Shown in pieces: positions 24,554 through 33,628 of a stretch of 64,000 nt of DNA. Source of the DNA: a virus. Under the pieces are notes generated by a model. It had not been told where the DNA came from and made no database searches. It was given only the letters and a program-made list of their open reading frames with translations. The stretch's first letter is position 1; each line of letters starts with the position of its first letter. The stretch covers positions 1 through 64,000 of IMG/VR virus record IMGVR_UViG_3300002461_000812; one strand, given 5' to 3'. A program made the position numbers and the translations under genes.

Positions 24554-25315
24554 CTAACGGACAACGTCTCCGAGCGCCACGAAGGCGCCGTAGGCGACGG
24601 TCTTCGTCTTCGCTCGGAAGGCGTAGACCGCCGAGTCGCCGTGCGGTGCCGTGACGATCGGCCCGCTCGAAGGGAGTAGGCCGCCGGTCCAGTCGCTCCA
24701 GTCCACCCGAAGGTGCTGGGCGCTGTCGATGGCCAGCACGCGCACGGTGCGACCTTGGGCCCGCACAAGATCGCCAGGACGCAGGCGCACCTTCGTCCAG
24801 TCGAGAGCGGGCGAGACCGAGAGGAGCGTGTCGGAACCGGGCGTGAGGAGCACGTCGCCCACCGGGAGCCCGAGGGTCTCGGTGGCCTTCACCAGCTCCA
24901 GGCCCCAGACGGCCGGGACCGTGGGCAGGAGGTACGTGTCCTCGCGCGTGAGGTGGACGATCGCCTGGCCGTTCGACTCCGAAGTGATCTCGATCTGCTC
25001 GGGGTCGGCGCTGGTCTTGAGCAGGAGCGCGGCCTCGTTCCCGAGGACGAGCTTGTTCTTGAGCGAGGAGGGCACGTTGCCGTGCCCCTGCTTCGCCGCC
25101 CAGCGCAAGACCGAGTCGGTGAGCGTCACCTTGTCGGCGGGGTCCCCGTCGTTCTGGACCTGGACGGCGATGTCGAGGGAGTCGCCACGGTAGAAGCGAA
25201 TCTCCTGGGCGTGCGGGAGGATGGTCGAGGAGAGTTCAGGGAACACGGCGATCACCTCCGGGTCGGACAGGACCACGCCCAGGACGCCAACATCGACGGT
25301 CGGGACGCGGTCCAT
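24554..25315 (-). CDS. hypothetical protein (253 aa), inverted relative to its neighbours
   Basis: ORF track with beta-rich composition (FYRGDSLDIAVQVQNDGDPADKVTL...). Confidence 0.7.
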   Translation of the reverse strand: MDRVPTVDVGVLGVVLSDPEVIAVFPELSSTILPHAQEIRFYRGDSLDIAVQVQNDGDPADKVTLTDSVLRWAAKQGHGNVPSSLKNKLVLGNEAALLLKTSADPEQIEITSESNGQAIVHLTREDTYLLPTVPAVWGLELVKATETLGLPVGDVLLTPGSDTLLSVSPALDWTKVRLRPGDLVRAQGRTVRVLAIDSAQHLRVDWSDWTGGLLPSSGPIVTAPHGDSAVYAFRAKTKTVAYGAFVALGDVVR

Positions 25316-25318
25316 TGT

Positions 25319-25627
25319 TCACCTCCGACCCATCCCGCCCTGGGAAGAGCAGATCTGGACCGTCACCCGGATCTTCCGGGCGGCAGCGGCGGCCATCATG
25401 AGCGATCGGATCGACTCGGCGTGCGACCCGCGCTTGCCCACCAGGCTGCCCGCTTCCTCCTCGCGGCACGTCACCTCGAAGGCAACGAAGCCGGTCGGCG
25501 ATACGGCGCGCTGGATGACGATGTCACCTGGATGATCGACGATCGACTTCGCCATCGTCGAAAGCAACAGCTCCAACTCGTCCACCGCCTGTTCGAGCGA
25601 CTTGGTCTGCATCATCGGCTTCTTCAT
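25319..25627 (-). CDS. KH-domain RNA-binding protein (KhpA/UPF0109-like)
   Basis: LLLSTMAKSIVDHPGDIVIQ...VAFEVTCREEEAGSLVGKRGSHAESIRSLM...IRVTVQI, including the GxxG-like GKRG loop. Start at ATG 25627, or alternatively 25645. Confidence 0.7.
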   Translation of the reverse strand: MKKPMMQTKSLEQAVDELELLLSTMAKSIVDHPGDIVIQRAVSPTGFVAFEVTCREEEAGSLVGKRGSHAESIRSLMMAAAAARKIRVTVQICSSQGGMGRR

Positions 25628-25674
25628 CGGGATAGGATCTCCCATTCTTCTTCTGCTCCTTCTCCCTCTTGTGG

Positions 25675-25703
25675 TTGAGCCCTGGCGAGTCTCAGTGTAC
25701 GCT
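25675..25703 (+). promoter_or_regulatory. possible promoter TTGAGC-N17-TACGCT
   Basis: Lies in the divergent gap between the KH-domain gene and 25750. Confidence 0.35.
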
Positions 25704-25749
25704 GCCCACTCTCAACGCGGAAGCATTCCGCGCGTAGAAGGAGAAGCAG

Positions 25750-26088
25750 ATGCCGAAGAAGATCGAAAAGAAGAGCGCGCTCGACATGGTGGGTTGGATC
25801 GAGAAGCTGCCAGAGCAGGGCGGCACCTGGGGCAAGGGAATCATCGACACCGTGATGGCGTTCGAGGCCGAGGCCGGGGCCACGGACACCGAGGTCGACA
25901 AGCTCGAAGCGCAGGTGAAGGTCCTCAAGGACAAGGCCGCCCAGCGTCGATCCATGGCGCTCCAGGCAGCGCGTCGCGCGGAGAGGGAGGCCACCAAGCT
26001 CTACGACGCGGCCATCCTCGCCAAGGTGAAGCCCGCCGAGCAGCCATCCGAGCCCGCCAACGGCGCGAAGTCGGCCACTCCGAGCTGA
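25750..26088 (+). CDS. hypothetical coiled-coil protein (112 aa)
   Basis: ORF track. GAAGGAGAAGCAG SD lies directly upstream. Confidence 0.7.
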   Translation: MPKKIEKKSALDMVGWIEKLPEQGGTWGKGIIDTVMAFEAEAGATDTEVDKLEAQVKVLKDKAAQRRSMALQAARRAEREATKLYDAAILAKVKPAEQPSEPANGAKSATPS

Positions 26089-26092
26089 CCAG

Positions 26093-26452
26093 GTGGAGGA
26101 GCCGAAGGCTCTCCTGGAGGCTCTTCGGGCCACCAGGTTCCACTACACCTCGGAAGACGACCTCCAGCGCGGCATCGCCAAGGTCCTTGAGACCGCGGGG
26201 ATCCCGCACCAGAGGGAGTTCCGTCTCGGTGCCCAGTCCCGTCTCGACTTCATGGTCGAAGGCGGGCTGGGCATCGAGGTGAAGATCGACGGGTCCGCAA
26301 TGGACCTGGGGTATCAGGTCCTCCGTTACCTCAAGGACGAGGCCGTCAAGGGCATCGTCGTGGTAACGACCAGGTCATCTCATCGGGACTTGCCCAGGGA
26401 GCTGGAGGGCAAGCCGATCTGGGTTCTCTACCTTTTCGCGAGCGCGTTCTGA
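26093..26452 (+). CDS. putative PD-(D/E)XK-fold nuclease-like protein
   Basis: GTG start. RLDFMVEGGLGIEVK resembles a D...E-x-K core. Its position just upstream of an SNF2 helicase is a pairing commonly seen in phages. Confidence 0.4.
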   Translation: MEEPKALLEALRATRFHYTSEDDLQRGIAKVLETAGIPHQREFRLGAQSRLDFMVEGGLGIEVKIDGSAMDLGYQVLRYLKDEAVKGIVVVTTRSSHRDLPRELEGKPIWVLYLFASAF

Positions 26453-26453
26453 C

Positions 26454-28259
26454 ATGGCCCAACCCCGTCTGTACGGTTCCGTGATCCTCCACGGAGACAC
26501 CTGGCACGTCCACGCTGAGCCCCACGTCATGATGAAGGCGCGCCGCGTTTTCACGCGCGCGGTGCTCAAGCACGGGACGATGGAGCTGCGCGACTCGGAG
26601 GAGATCTGCAAGGACCTCCTCTGGTTCATGGAGCGCTACCCGCTCTCGATGGAGATCGAGCACCGGGCGCACATGATGGAGAGCGCCAAGCAGTACGACG
26701 TGCGCGCGGACGCGTTCGCCGGGATCCTCTCGGGCCGGAAGGAGCCGAAGGAGTTCGAGCTGGCGCTGCCCCCGCGGCAGTATCAGCGCGTCGCCGCCGA
26801 CCTGGCCCTGCGGGTCAAGGGGCTCCTGATCGCCGACGAACTGGGCATCGGCAAGACGCTCATGGCCATCGCCATGCTCACCGACCCGCGCACGAGGCCG
26901 GCGCTCGTCGTGACGATGACGCACCTGCCGAAGCAGTGGGAGCGCGAGATCGCGAAGTTCGCTCCGAAGCTCACGACGCACATCATCAAGAAGGGCACGC
27001 CCTACGACATCGTGAACAAGAAGCCGCCGAAGGGGCAGCTCAGCCTCATCGAGCCGGAGTTCCCGGACGTGCTGATCATCAACTATCACAAGCTCCAGGG
27101 GTGGAGGAACACGCTCGCCGGCATCATGCGGTCCGTCGTCTTCGACGAGGTCCAGGAGCTACGCCGGGACGAGAGCGACAAGTACAAGGCGGCCGAGCAC
27201 ATCGCTCACGCGGCAGCGTTCCGAGTCGGTCTCTCCGCCACGCCCATCTACAACTACGGGAGCGAGTTCTACACCGTGATCAACGTGCTCCGGCCCGACG
27301 CCCTCGGGACTCGGACCGAGTTCGTGCGCGAGTGGTGTGGCGGCGTCCAGGACATGCAGGGGCGCTCGAAGATCTCCGAGCCCAAGGCGTTCGGCACCTA
27401 TCTCCGTGAGCAGGGCATCATGATCCGGCGCACGCGCCGGGACGTGGGTCGCGAGCTGCCTGCGCTCACGCGCACGCCGCACTACGTGGACTCCGACGTG
27501 AAGGCGCTCGACAAGGTGCGCAGCTCGGTCGTGGACCTCGCGCGCTTCCTTCTAGAGCGCCAGGGCTCGACCTTCGACCGGATGAAGGCGGGTGGCGAGC
27601 TGGACTACAAGCTCCGCCAAGCCACCGGTCTCGCGAAGGCGCCGTTCGTGGCCGAGTTCGTCCGGATGATCGCCGAGTCGGGGGAGAAGGTCGTCCTCTA
27701 CGGATGGCACCACGCCGTCTACAAGATCTGGGAAGACCGCCTCAAGGGGTTCTGCAAGGTCGCCTTCTACACCGGCGACGAGAGCCCGACCCAGAAGGAC
27801 AAGGCGCGGAGCGACTTCATCGAGGGAGACACCCAGATCCTCATCATGAGCCTGCGCTCGGGCGCGGGGCTCGACGGTCTCCAGGGAGTCTGTCGGACCG
27901 TCGTCTTCGGCGAGCTGGACTGGAGCCCAGGCGTCCACGAGCAGTGCATCGGACGCGTCTACCGGGACGGGCAGCCGGACCCGGTGGTGGCCTACTTCCT
28001 CGTGTCCGAGGAGGGCTCGGACCCGGTCATCGCCGACGTGCTCGGCCTCAAGAAGTCCCAGATCGAAGGGGTCAGGGACCCGGACGCCGAGCTGATCGAG
28101 AAGTCGGAAGCCCCCGAGCACGGCATCCGGAGGCTGGCCGAGTCGGTGATGAGGTCGCAGGGAATCGACCCGGCATCGTTCACTCCGCTTGACAAACCCA
28201 AATCAGCCGATAGTATCGGAGAAACAGCAGCAGAAGCAGTCAACGCAGGAGGAGAGTAA
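26454..28259 (+). CDS. SNF2-family helicase/ATPase
   Basis: PRQYQ, ADELGIGKT (I), FDEVQELR (II), GLSATP (III), SLRSGAGLDGL, QCIGRVYRDGQ (VI). Confidence 0.9.
   Translation: MAQPRLYGSVILHGDTWHVHAEPHVMMKARRVFTRAVLKHGTMELRDSEEICKDLLWFMERYPLSMEIEHRAHMMESAKQYDVRADAFAGILSGRKEPKEFELALPPRQYQRVAADLALRVKGLLIADELGIGKTLMAIAMLTDPRTRPALVVTMTHLPKQWEREIAKFAPKLTTHIIKKGTPYDIVNKKPPKGQLSLIEPEFPDVLIINYHKLQGWRNTLAGIMRSVVFDEVQELRRDESDKYKAAEHIAHAAAFRVGLSATPIYNYGSEFYTVINVLRPDALGTRTEFVREWCGGVQDMQGRSKISEPKAFGTYLREQGIMIRRTRRDVGRELPALTRTPHYVDSDVKALDKVRSSVVDLARFLLERQGSTFDRMKAGGELDYKLRQATGLAKAPFVAEFVRMIAESGEKVVLYGWHHAVYKIWEDRLKGFCKVAFYTGDESPTQKDKARSDFIEGDTQILIMSLRSGAGLDGLQGVCRTVVFGELDWSPGVHEQCIGRVYRDGQPDPVVAYFLVSEEGSDPVIADVLGLKKSQIEGVRDPDAELIEKSEAPEHGIRRLAESVMRSQGIDPASFTPLDKPKSADSIGETAAEAVNAGGE
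28189..28216 (+). promoter_or_regulatory. sigma70-like promoter TTGACA-N16-TAGTAT inside the 3' end of the SNF2 gene
   Basis: CTTGACAAACCCAAATCAGCCGATAGTAT. Confidence 0.6.
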
Positions 28260-28260
28260 C

Positions 28261-29190
28261 ATGGGTGGACAGCTCATCGAGGGGAAGGGTGTTTCGCGGA
28301 CGAACGGGTTTTCGGTCCCCGCGAACATGCTCACGGTCATCGGGGTAGACACCCCGCATCGGTCGCAGGTCGAACATCGCCTGTACGACAAGCGCGTCCA
28401 CATGCCGGCCCCGCACGGGCACGCCGACATCGCGGACAACCACCCGCACGTCCTCTCGATGATGGAGTTCGGCGTCCAGTTGCCGGTCATCATCGAGGTC
28501 GAGGAGATCGACGGCAAGGACGTGTACCTGGTCGCCGAGGGTCGCGGGCGCGTGCTCAAGCAGCGCATCGCCGACCGTCTGCTCAAGGCGGTGGGGCGCG
28601 ATCCCAAGCCGGTGCCGTGCATCGCTCGGCGGGTGAACGACAAGATCGCGAAGCTCGACCAGTCGCTCATGATCGTGCTCAACGAGCACCGGGCCGAGGA
28701 CTCGCCGATGAACCGGGCGGAGAAGGCCCAGTACCTCCTCCAGACCGGCAACTCGGCGGAGAGCGTGGCGCGCCTGTTCGGGGTCTCCGAGCAGACGATC
28801 ACCGAGTGGGTGAAGCTCTGCGAGATGCCGAGCTTCGCTCAGGCCGCGGTCGAGGCCGGCAAGGTCTCGGCGAGCGCGGTGGTCAAGCTCCACGGCCTCT
28901 CGAAGGACGACCAGAAGGGTGCCCTCGACCAGCTCATCTCCGAAGGAGGTGGGAAGGCGACGGTCAAGAAGGCGAACGCCATCGCGAAGAGCACCAAGAA
29001 CGGTGGCTCGTCCGTGGTCGTCGTCGCACCGTCCAAGCGCGCCATCAAGCGCGCGATCGAGAACGGCAAGGGCGTCCTTTCGGACGACATCATCCTCGGG
29101 ATGCGGATCGCCATCGGCGACACGCCGCCCAACAAGGTGAAGGGCCTGGTCGCCCTGCTCAGGGGTGACTCTGGCGGCGACGCCGAGTAG
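28261..29190 (+). CDS. ParB-like nuclease/N-terminal domain protein with HTH
   Basis: ATG 28261 follows AGGAGGAG. LVAEGRGRVLKQR, then an HTH-like stretch SAESVARLFGVSEQTITEWV. Confidence 0.6.
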   Translation: MGGQLIEGKGVSRTNGFSVPANMLTVIGVDTPHRSQVEHRLYDKRVHMPAPHGHADIADNHPHVLSMMEFGVQLPVIIEVEEIDGKDVYLVAEGRGRVLKQRIADRLLKAVGRDPKPVPCIARRVNDKIAKLDQSLMIVLNEHRAEDSPMNRAEKAQYLLQTGNSAESVARLFGVSEQTITEWVKLCEMPSFAQAAVEAGKVSASAVVKLHGLSKDDQKGALDQLISEGGGKATVKKANAIAKSTKNGGSSVVVVAPSKRAIKRAIENGKGVLSDDIILGMRIAIGDTPPNKVKGLVALLRGDSGGDAE

Positions 29191-29204
29191 ACTCTCGGCT
29201 GCAT

Positions 29205-29333
29205 CGATCCTCGACGAGGTGGGTTGCCAGGTGCCAACACCTGTAACCGGGCGTCGCGTAGTGGGAGGAGGGGCCCCTCCTCCCTCGGGGCCCGTGGGTT
29301 CAGTCCCAGAACGACCCACCCCGTCGAGGATCG
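29205..29333 (+). other. highly structured non-coding element: 20-bp long-range stem enclosing nested hairpins
   Basis: CGATCCTCGACGAGGTGGGT (29205-29224) pairs with ACCCACCCCGTCGAGGATCG (29314-29333) at 19 of 20 positions. Inside are CAGGTG-ccaa-CACCTG (29228-29243) and the 22-nt palindrome GGGAGGAGGGGCCCCTCCTCCC (29263-29284). Confidence 0.55.
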
Positions 29334-29335
29334 AC

Positions 29336-29348
29336 TGTACTCAGTACA
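29336..29348. promoter_or_regulatory. 13-bp perfect palindrome TGTACTCAGTACA (second copy)
   Basis: Identical to 7673-7685. Sits between the structured element and the terminator-like hairpins. Confidence 0.5.
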
Positions 29349-29376
29349 TGACGGATCCACGTCGAAGCGCGTGGAC

Positions 29377-29406
29377 CGCGGTCGCCGGTCAGTGATCCGC
29401 GTTTTT
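29377..29406 (+). terminator. possible intrinsic terminator (imperfect stem + T5)
   Basis: CGCGGTC...GATCCGCG followed by TTTTT. Confidence 0.4.
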
Positions 29407-29479
29407 GGCCTCGACTCGCGGTGCTGGTGTAGATTCGGCGCAGCGCTCGGGCTACGCTCCGGCGCAGGAGGCCCATCAC

Positions 29480-30001
29480 ATGGCCAGCACGGTCACCACG
29501 TTCGCCGTCTTCCAGACCCTCCTTGCGAGGTCGGTGGACTTGGATCCCAACCTCGACTCCGCGACGAAGTCTTCGATGAAGACCCGCGTCCAGAATCTCG
29601 TGCGTGAGCAGGAGATCGTTCTGGACCAGCCGAAGGCGCTGTCCGTGACCGGAGCGGTCACCGAGAACGCCTCCTCGAAGTCTCTCGACGTGGCCATCGC
29701 GTCCCTCGGGACGAACCGGGTGGAGTTCGATCCCATCCAGCTCTTCATCCCCGTCACGGTGGACGGGACGCGTGGCATCCGCGGCTTCATGCCTGGTCAC
29801 GCGGGCACGAGCGTTCTGCCGCTCGTCGCTCAGACGGGCATCACGGTCCGCTACCGGCTTGCCTCGGGCGACCCGTGGGCGACCTTCGACCGAACCACCG
29901 TCCTTCCCGAGGTCACCTGGATCCAGTTCGCGGTGGACATCGCTGACCAGATCGCAACCTCGTCTCTTCCCGCCATCCACATCCACGCCGAGCAGGTCTG
30001 A
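29480..30001 (+). CDS. hypothetical protein (173 aa)
   Basis: Internal ATG 29480 of ORF 29405..30001, preceded by GCAGGAGG. Confidence 0.7.
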   Translation: MASTVTTFAVFQTLLARSVDLDPNLDSATKSSMKTRVQNLVREQEIVLDQPKALSVTGAVTENASSKSLDVAIASLGTNRVEFDPIQLFIPVTVDGTRGIRGFMPGHAGTSVLPLVAQTGITVRYRLASGDPWATFDRTTVLPEVTWIQFAVDIADQIATSSLPAIHIHAEQV

Positions 30002-30003
30002 AC

Positions 30004-32979
30004 ATGAGCCTCGCCGATCTTCTCTCCGAGAGCATGGCCGACCTCGTCGAAGTCAGCGACGAGACCCTGCTCAACTTCCTCAAGACCGACCAGGGCAAGA
30101 AGAAGGCGGCCAACGCCATCTACGCGTCCAAGCACAAGGACTTCCGAGGCAAGAACGACGACGGCGAGCGCTCGGTGCTCTACAACGCGGGCTCGGGCGG
30201 GACGCAGAGCTGGCCTGTCGATGGGGCATCGGCGGAGCAGTTGCTCAAGCTCCTCAAGGCCGACCCGAAGGCCATCGCGAAGCTCAAGCTGGGCGAGGAA
30301 GCGGAGCCGACCGAGGCCGAGCTGGAGGACGAGTACACGGCGATGATCTCGGCCCTCAGCGAGGAGACCGGCGAGCCGCTTTCCCTCCTGGAGGCGATGA
30401 ACGGCAAGATCAGCACGTTCCTCACCGTCTTCTCGTCGATGCTCACGCAGTACGACCAGCTCCTCATCAAGAACGAGACGAAGCGCGGCGGTCGGGGGAA
30501 CATCTACCGCCTGAGCCTCTGGTTCGAGGCGCTCGACAAGGTGAAGCAGCGCGTCTCCTCGATGCTCGGGGACGACAGCACGGACGCCATCAAGGCGCTC
30601 CGCGCGGCCGTGGACAAGGAGTTCACCTCCGGCAACCCCGCCGACAAGTTCCGCAAGGCGATGGACGCCTACATCGAGAAGGGCACGCTCCCGAAGATCC
30701 CGATCTCCAAGGAGGTCAAGGCCCAGGTCCAGGCCGAGAAGAAGGCGGCCAAGGAAGCGGCTGCCAGGGCGAAGGCTGACAAGGTCCAGGGCGGGCCCGA
30801 GAGGCTCGTGGCTGGCCAGGGTCGGCCGGGCCAGAAGTTCGACTACGGCGGCGTGACGATCTCGACGACGCTCCACGACATCGGCGGCAAGAACGAGGAC
30901 ATCGTCGCTGGCGTCGGTCGTCTCGACGAACTGGGCGGTGGCCGGTACAGCGGCGGCGGTCGCGGTGGCGATCCGCGCTGGATCGAGGCGAAGTACCCTG
31001 GCGTCGCGAAGGACGGCACCTCGTTCCGCAAGGGCGAGCGCGTGCTCTACTTCCCGAACGGCAAGAGCTACTACGTCGGCAAGCAGGCGGAGAAGGAGTG
31101 GAAGGACTTCCTCTCGGCCAAGGGCGACGAGGAGAGCATGCCGTACGCGGAGGCGGCGGACGGCGGCGCAGCCGAGGCCAAGAAGACGCTCGACATGCTC
31201 CTCAAGGGCTCGAAGGTCGGGAAGCGGATCACCCTCAAGGACCTGCGTCTGCCGAAGAGCGTCGCCAAGTACCTCACCCACCTGGTGGCGTCCGGGGCCG
31301 ACTTCGCCGACGGTACCAGGGTGCTTCTTCGTCCCAAGGACGAGAAGGGGAACTACGTCCCCGACGAGTACATCATCGGCGGCGTGGGCGGTCGAACGGA
31401 GTCGCTCGATCTGAGCCGCCTCAGCGGCCAGCTCGAAGAGGCGCTCTCCGAGCCGCTCCACGAGGAGCAGACCGCCCACCACCACTACGACGGCAAGAAC
31501 TGGTACGTGGACACCGGCTTCGTCTCCGCCTCCGAGAAGGCGATGCCCGGCTTCTCCCTCTCGCACATGGGCATGGGCGAGTTCTCGCTCAAGGGTCCCG
31601 ACGGCGAGATCGAGTTCGACCGGATGCGCGGCAAGGACTTCCCGGGCCAGGTCGGCCGGAGCCACAAGCTCTACGACAACAAGGACGGGGCCCTCATCAA
31701 GAAGCTCATCGCGGCGATGAAGGGCAAGTCCCAGGAGATGAAGGCCGAGAGCCTCGACGAGGCGGTCTCCGGGGCCATCACCGGGGCCGCCGGCCTGCTG
31801 TTCGCCAAGCTGGTGAAGGGTGGCGTGAGCCGCGACGACATCAAGCTCTCCGGCAACTCGGTCAGCGGGACCAACAACGGACACCCCTTCCGCGTCGAGT
31901 TCGAGGACGTGAGCGGGGGCAAGGTCCGGGTGGAAGTCTTCGTGGACGACAAGTCGCGTGGCGGCGGCGCGGTCCCCCCGGACGCGGTGGCGAGCAACAT
32001 GGGCAAGGCGGCCCTCTCGATCATCTCGCTCACGAAGTCCTCGAAGACCGAGAGCCTCGCCGACAGCCTCGACGAGGCCAACCTCTCCTCCAGCTCCAGC
32101 TACAAGGAGATCAAGAAGGAGGCCGGCAAGTGGGCGAAGAGCTTCGCCGCCGACCTCATGAAGAAGATCACCCCGAAGCCGAAGTCGATCGCGGTGGTCA
32201 ACCCGGACATGGGTCGGCCCATGGCGAACTGGGACTACCGCATCCACTCGAAGTTCGACATCACGCTGGCCTCGGGCGAGACGCTGTCCGCGTTCGTGTC
32301 GATGAACGTCGCGGACGGTGAGTGCTCGGGCAACGTCACCCTCGACGACAAGTGGGGCGGCACCATGGCCACCGCTCGGCGCGGGACCAGGGACCAGGCC
32401 ACCTGGGTCCTCGTGGACGAGCTGGCGACCCACCTGAGTCGTGGGGAGCAGAACGAGTCCCTGGACGAGGCGCAGCGCGGAGCGCCCGGCCTGGCTTTCG
32501 ACGACGAGGACGCGGCCACCAAGCCCGGCGCGTTCAAGATCAGCTCCAAGGCGATGGCCATCTACAAGGGCGCGCTCGGTGACCAGTGGGAGGGGCCGGA
32601 GTCCACGGTCTTCAAGCGCTACCACGGCGTCATCACGGGCCTGAGCCAGCAAGAGCTGCTCGACCTGTTCGATGCCGAGCGCATGGACCTCGCCCAGGAC
32701 ATGATCGCGAGCAAGCCCAAGGCGGCCTTCAACAAGTGGCTGGCCAGGGCAGCGAAGGTCAGCCCTGCCCTCGGGAAGCTCGTCCGGTCTCGACCGGACT
32801 GGTCGTCCATCCTCTTCTACATGACGGTCATGCGCATCTCCGGGCGCGACATGGCCGACATCATCCTCAAGCGGTACTTCGAGACCGAGACCGACCACAT
32901 CGGCGCCGTGAAGGCGAAGATGAAGGTCGAGGATCTGGAAGAAGCCATCCGCTCGTCGCGCGACTCCTCCTTCGGCTGA
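30004..32979 (+). CDS. large hypothetical protein (991 aa) with a repeated ESLDEA motif
   Basis: ORF track. Lys/Glu-rich with plausible composition. No catalytic motif recognised. ESLDEA occurs at aa 582-587 and 818-823, and ESLADSLDEA at aa 683-692. Confidence 0.8.
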   Translation: MSLADLLSESMADLVEVSDETLLNFLKTDQGKKKAANAIYASKHKDFRGKNDDGERSVLYNAGSGGTQSWPVDGASAEQLLKLLKADPKAIAKLKLGEEAEPTEAELEDEYTAMISALSEETGEPLSLLEAMNGKISTFLTVFSSMLTQYDQLLIKNETKRGGRGNIYRLSLWFEALDKVKQRVSSMLGDDSTDAIKALRAAVDKEFTSGNPADKFRKAMDAYIEKGTLPKIPISKEVKAQVQAEKKAAKEAAARAKADKVQGGPERLVAGQGRPGQKFDYGGVTISTTLHDIGGKNEDIVAGVGRLDELGGGRYSGGGRGGDPRWIEAKYPGVAKDGTSFRKGERVLYFPNGKSYYVGKQAEKEWKDFLSAKGDEESMPYAEAADGGAAEAKKTLDMLLKGSKVGKRITLKDLRLPKSVAKYLTHLVASGADFADGTRVLLRPKDEKGNYVPDEYIIGGVGGRTESLDLSRLSGQLEEALSEPLHEEQTAHHHYDGKNWYVDTGFVSASEKAMPGFSLSHMGMGEFSLKGPDGEIEFDRMRGKDFPGQVGRSHKLYDNKDGALIKKLIAAMKGKSQEMKAESLDEAVSGAITGAAGLLFAKLVKGGVSRDDIKLSGNSVSGTNNGHPFRVEFEDVSGGKVRVEVFVDDKSRGGGAVPPDAVASNMGKAALSIISLTKSSKTESLADSLDEANLSSSSSYKEIKKEAGKWAKSFAADLMKKITPKPKSIAVVNPDMGRPMANWDYRIHSKFDITLASGETLSAFVSMNVADGECSGNVTLDDKWGGTMATARRGTRDQATWVLVDELATHLSRGEQNESLDEAQRGAPGLAFDDEDAATKPGAFKISSKAMAIYKGALGDQWEGPESTVFKRYHGVITGLSQQELLDLFDAERMDLAQDMIASKPKAAFNKWLARAAKVSPALGKLVRSRPDWSSILFYMTVMRISGRDMADIILKRYFETETDHIGAVKAKMKVEDLEEAIRSSRDSSFG

Positions 32980-32986
32980 CGTTCTC

Positions 32987-33628
32987 GTGTACCGCAGGTG
33001 GACCGAGAAGGAAGACGCCCGTCTCCAGTTTGACTGGGGCGTCTTCACGGTCGCTACGCTGGCGAAGCGGCTGGACAGGACCCCGTCTGCCGTCGTCCAG
33101 CGTGCGTACCACCTCGGGCTCGGACCGCCGTCGCGGAACACCGTGACCGTGGTGACGCTCGCGAGGACCACCGGCTACGACAAGTCGCAGATCAGAAGCG
33201 CGGCCAAGGCGCTCGGGATCCACATCGGTCGGGTGCCGAGCACGGCCATCTCGACGAAGACCACGGTGCGCTGGTCGGCCATCTCCGAGGAGGACCAGGA
33301 GAGCATCTTGGAGTTCCTCGGCGGTCGCCCAGACGGAACCAAGATTCGCGCCGAGACCAAGGGCGCATGGGGCGGTCCTGCGCGTGGTGGCGGCCTCAAG
33401 CCGACCCACTGCGTGTTCTGCCAGAAGAACGACCGACCGCACTACGCCAAGGGCGCGTGCGTGCGGTGCTACGATCAACAGAGAAAACAACCACCACCGC
33501 AACCGCAACCCCGAACAGGAATCTCCCCATGTCCTCCCGTCTCTTCATCGGAAACCTCTCCTACAACGCCACCGAGGCTGAGCTTCGCGCAGCATTCGCA
33601 GACCGAGGCTACGTGCCCCGGATCGTGA
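32987..33628 (+). CDS. SANT/Myb-like plus HTH DNA-binding protein with a C-terminal Cys cluster
   Basis: GTG start. RRWTEKEDARL, TLARTTGYDKSQIRSAAKALGI, CVFC...CVRC. The last ~100 nt overlap the next gene in another frame. Confidence 0.55.
   Translation: MYRRWTEKEDARLQFDWGVFTVATLAKRLDRTPSAVVQRAYHLGLGPPSRNTVTVVTLARTTGYDKSQIRSAAKALGIHIGRVPSTAISTKTTVRWSAISEEDQESILEFLGGRPDGTKIRAETKGAWGGPARGGGLKPTHCVFCQKNDRPHYAKGACVRCYDQQRKQPPPQPQPRTGISPCPPVSSSETSPTTPPRLSFAQHSQTEATCPGS

Noticed and set aside
29205-29333. tRNA or tmRNA-like gene, because of the GGTTCAGTCCC segment.
   Set aside because: No T-arm pairing partner, no anticodon arm and no acceptor geometry could be folded by hand.
29851-33171. Very long minus-strand ORF (1106 aa) antisense to the 991-aa gene. 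Similar long antisense ORFs occur at 58665-60554, 42234-44078, 48010-49965, 15980-17527, 60371-62125, 53527-55080, 46053-47657, 21544-22986 and 9076-10224.
   Set aside because: These have Arg/Gly/Pro/His-rich, low-complexity composition with no motifs. They are the mirror image of well-supported plus-strand genes, which is the usual shadow-ORF artefact of GC-rich DNA.
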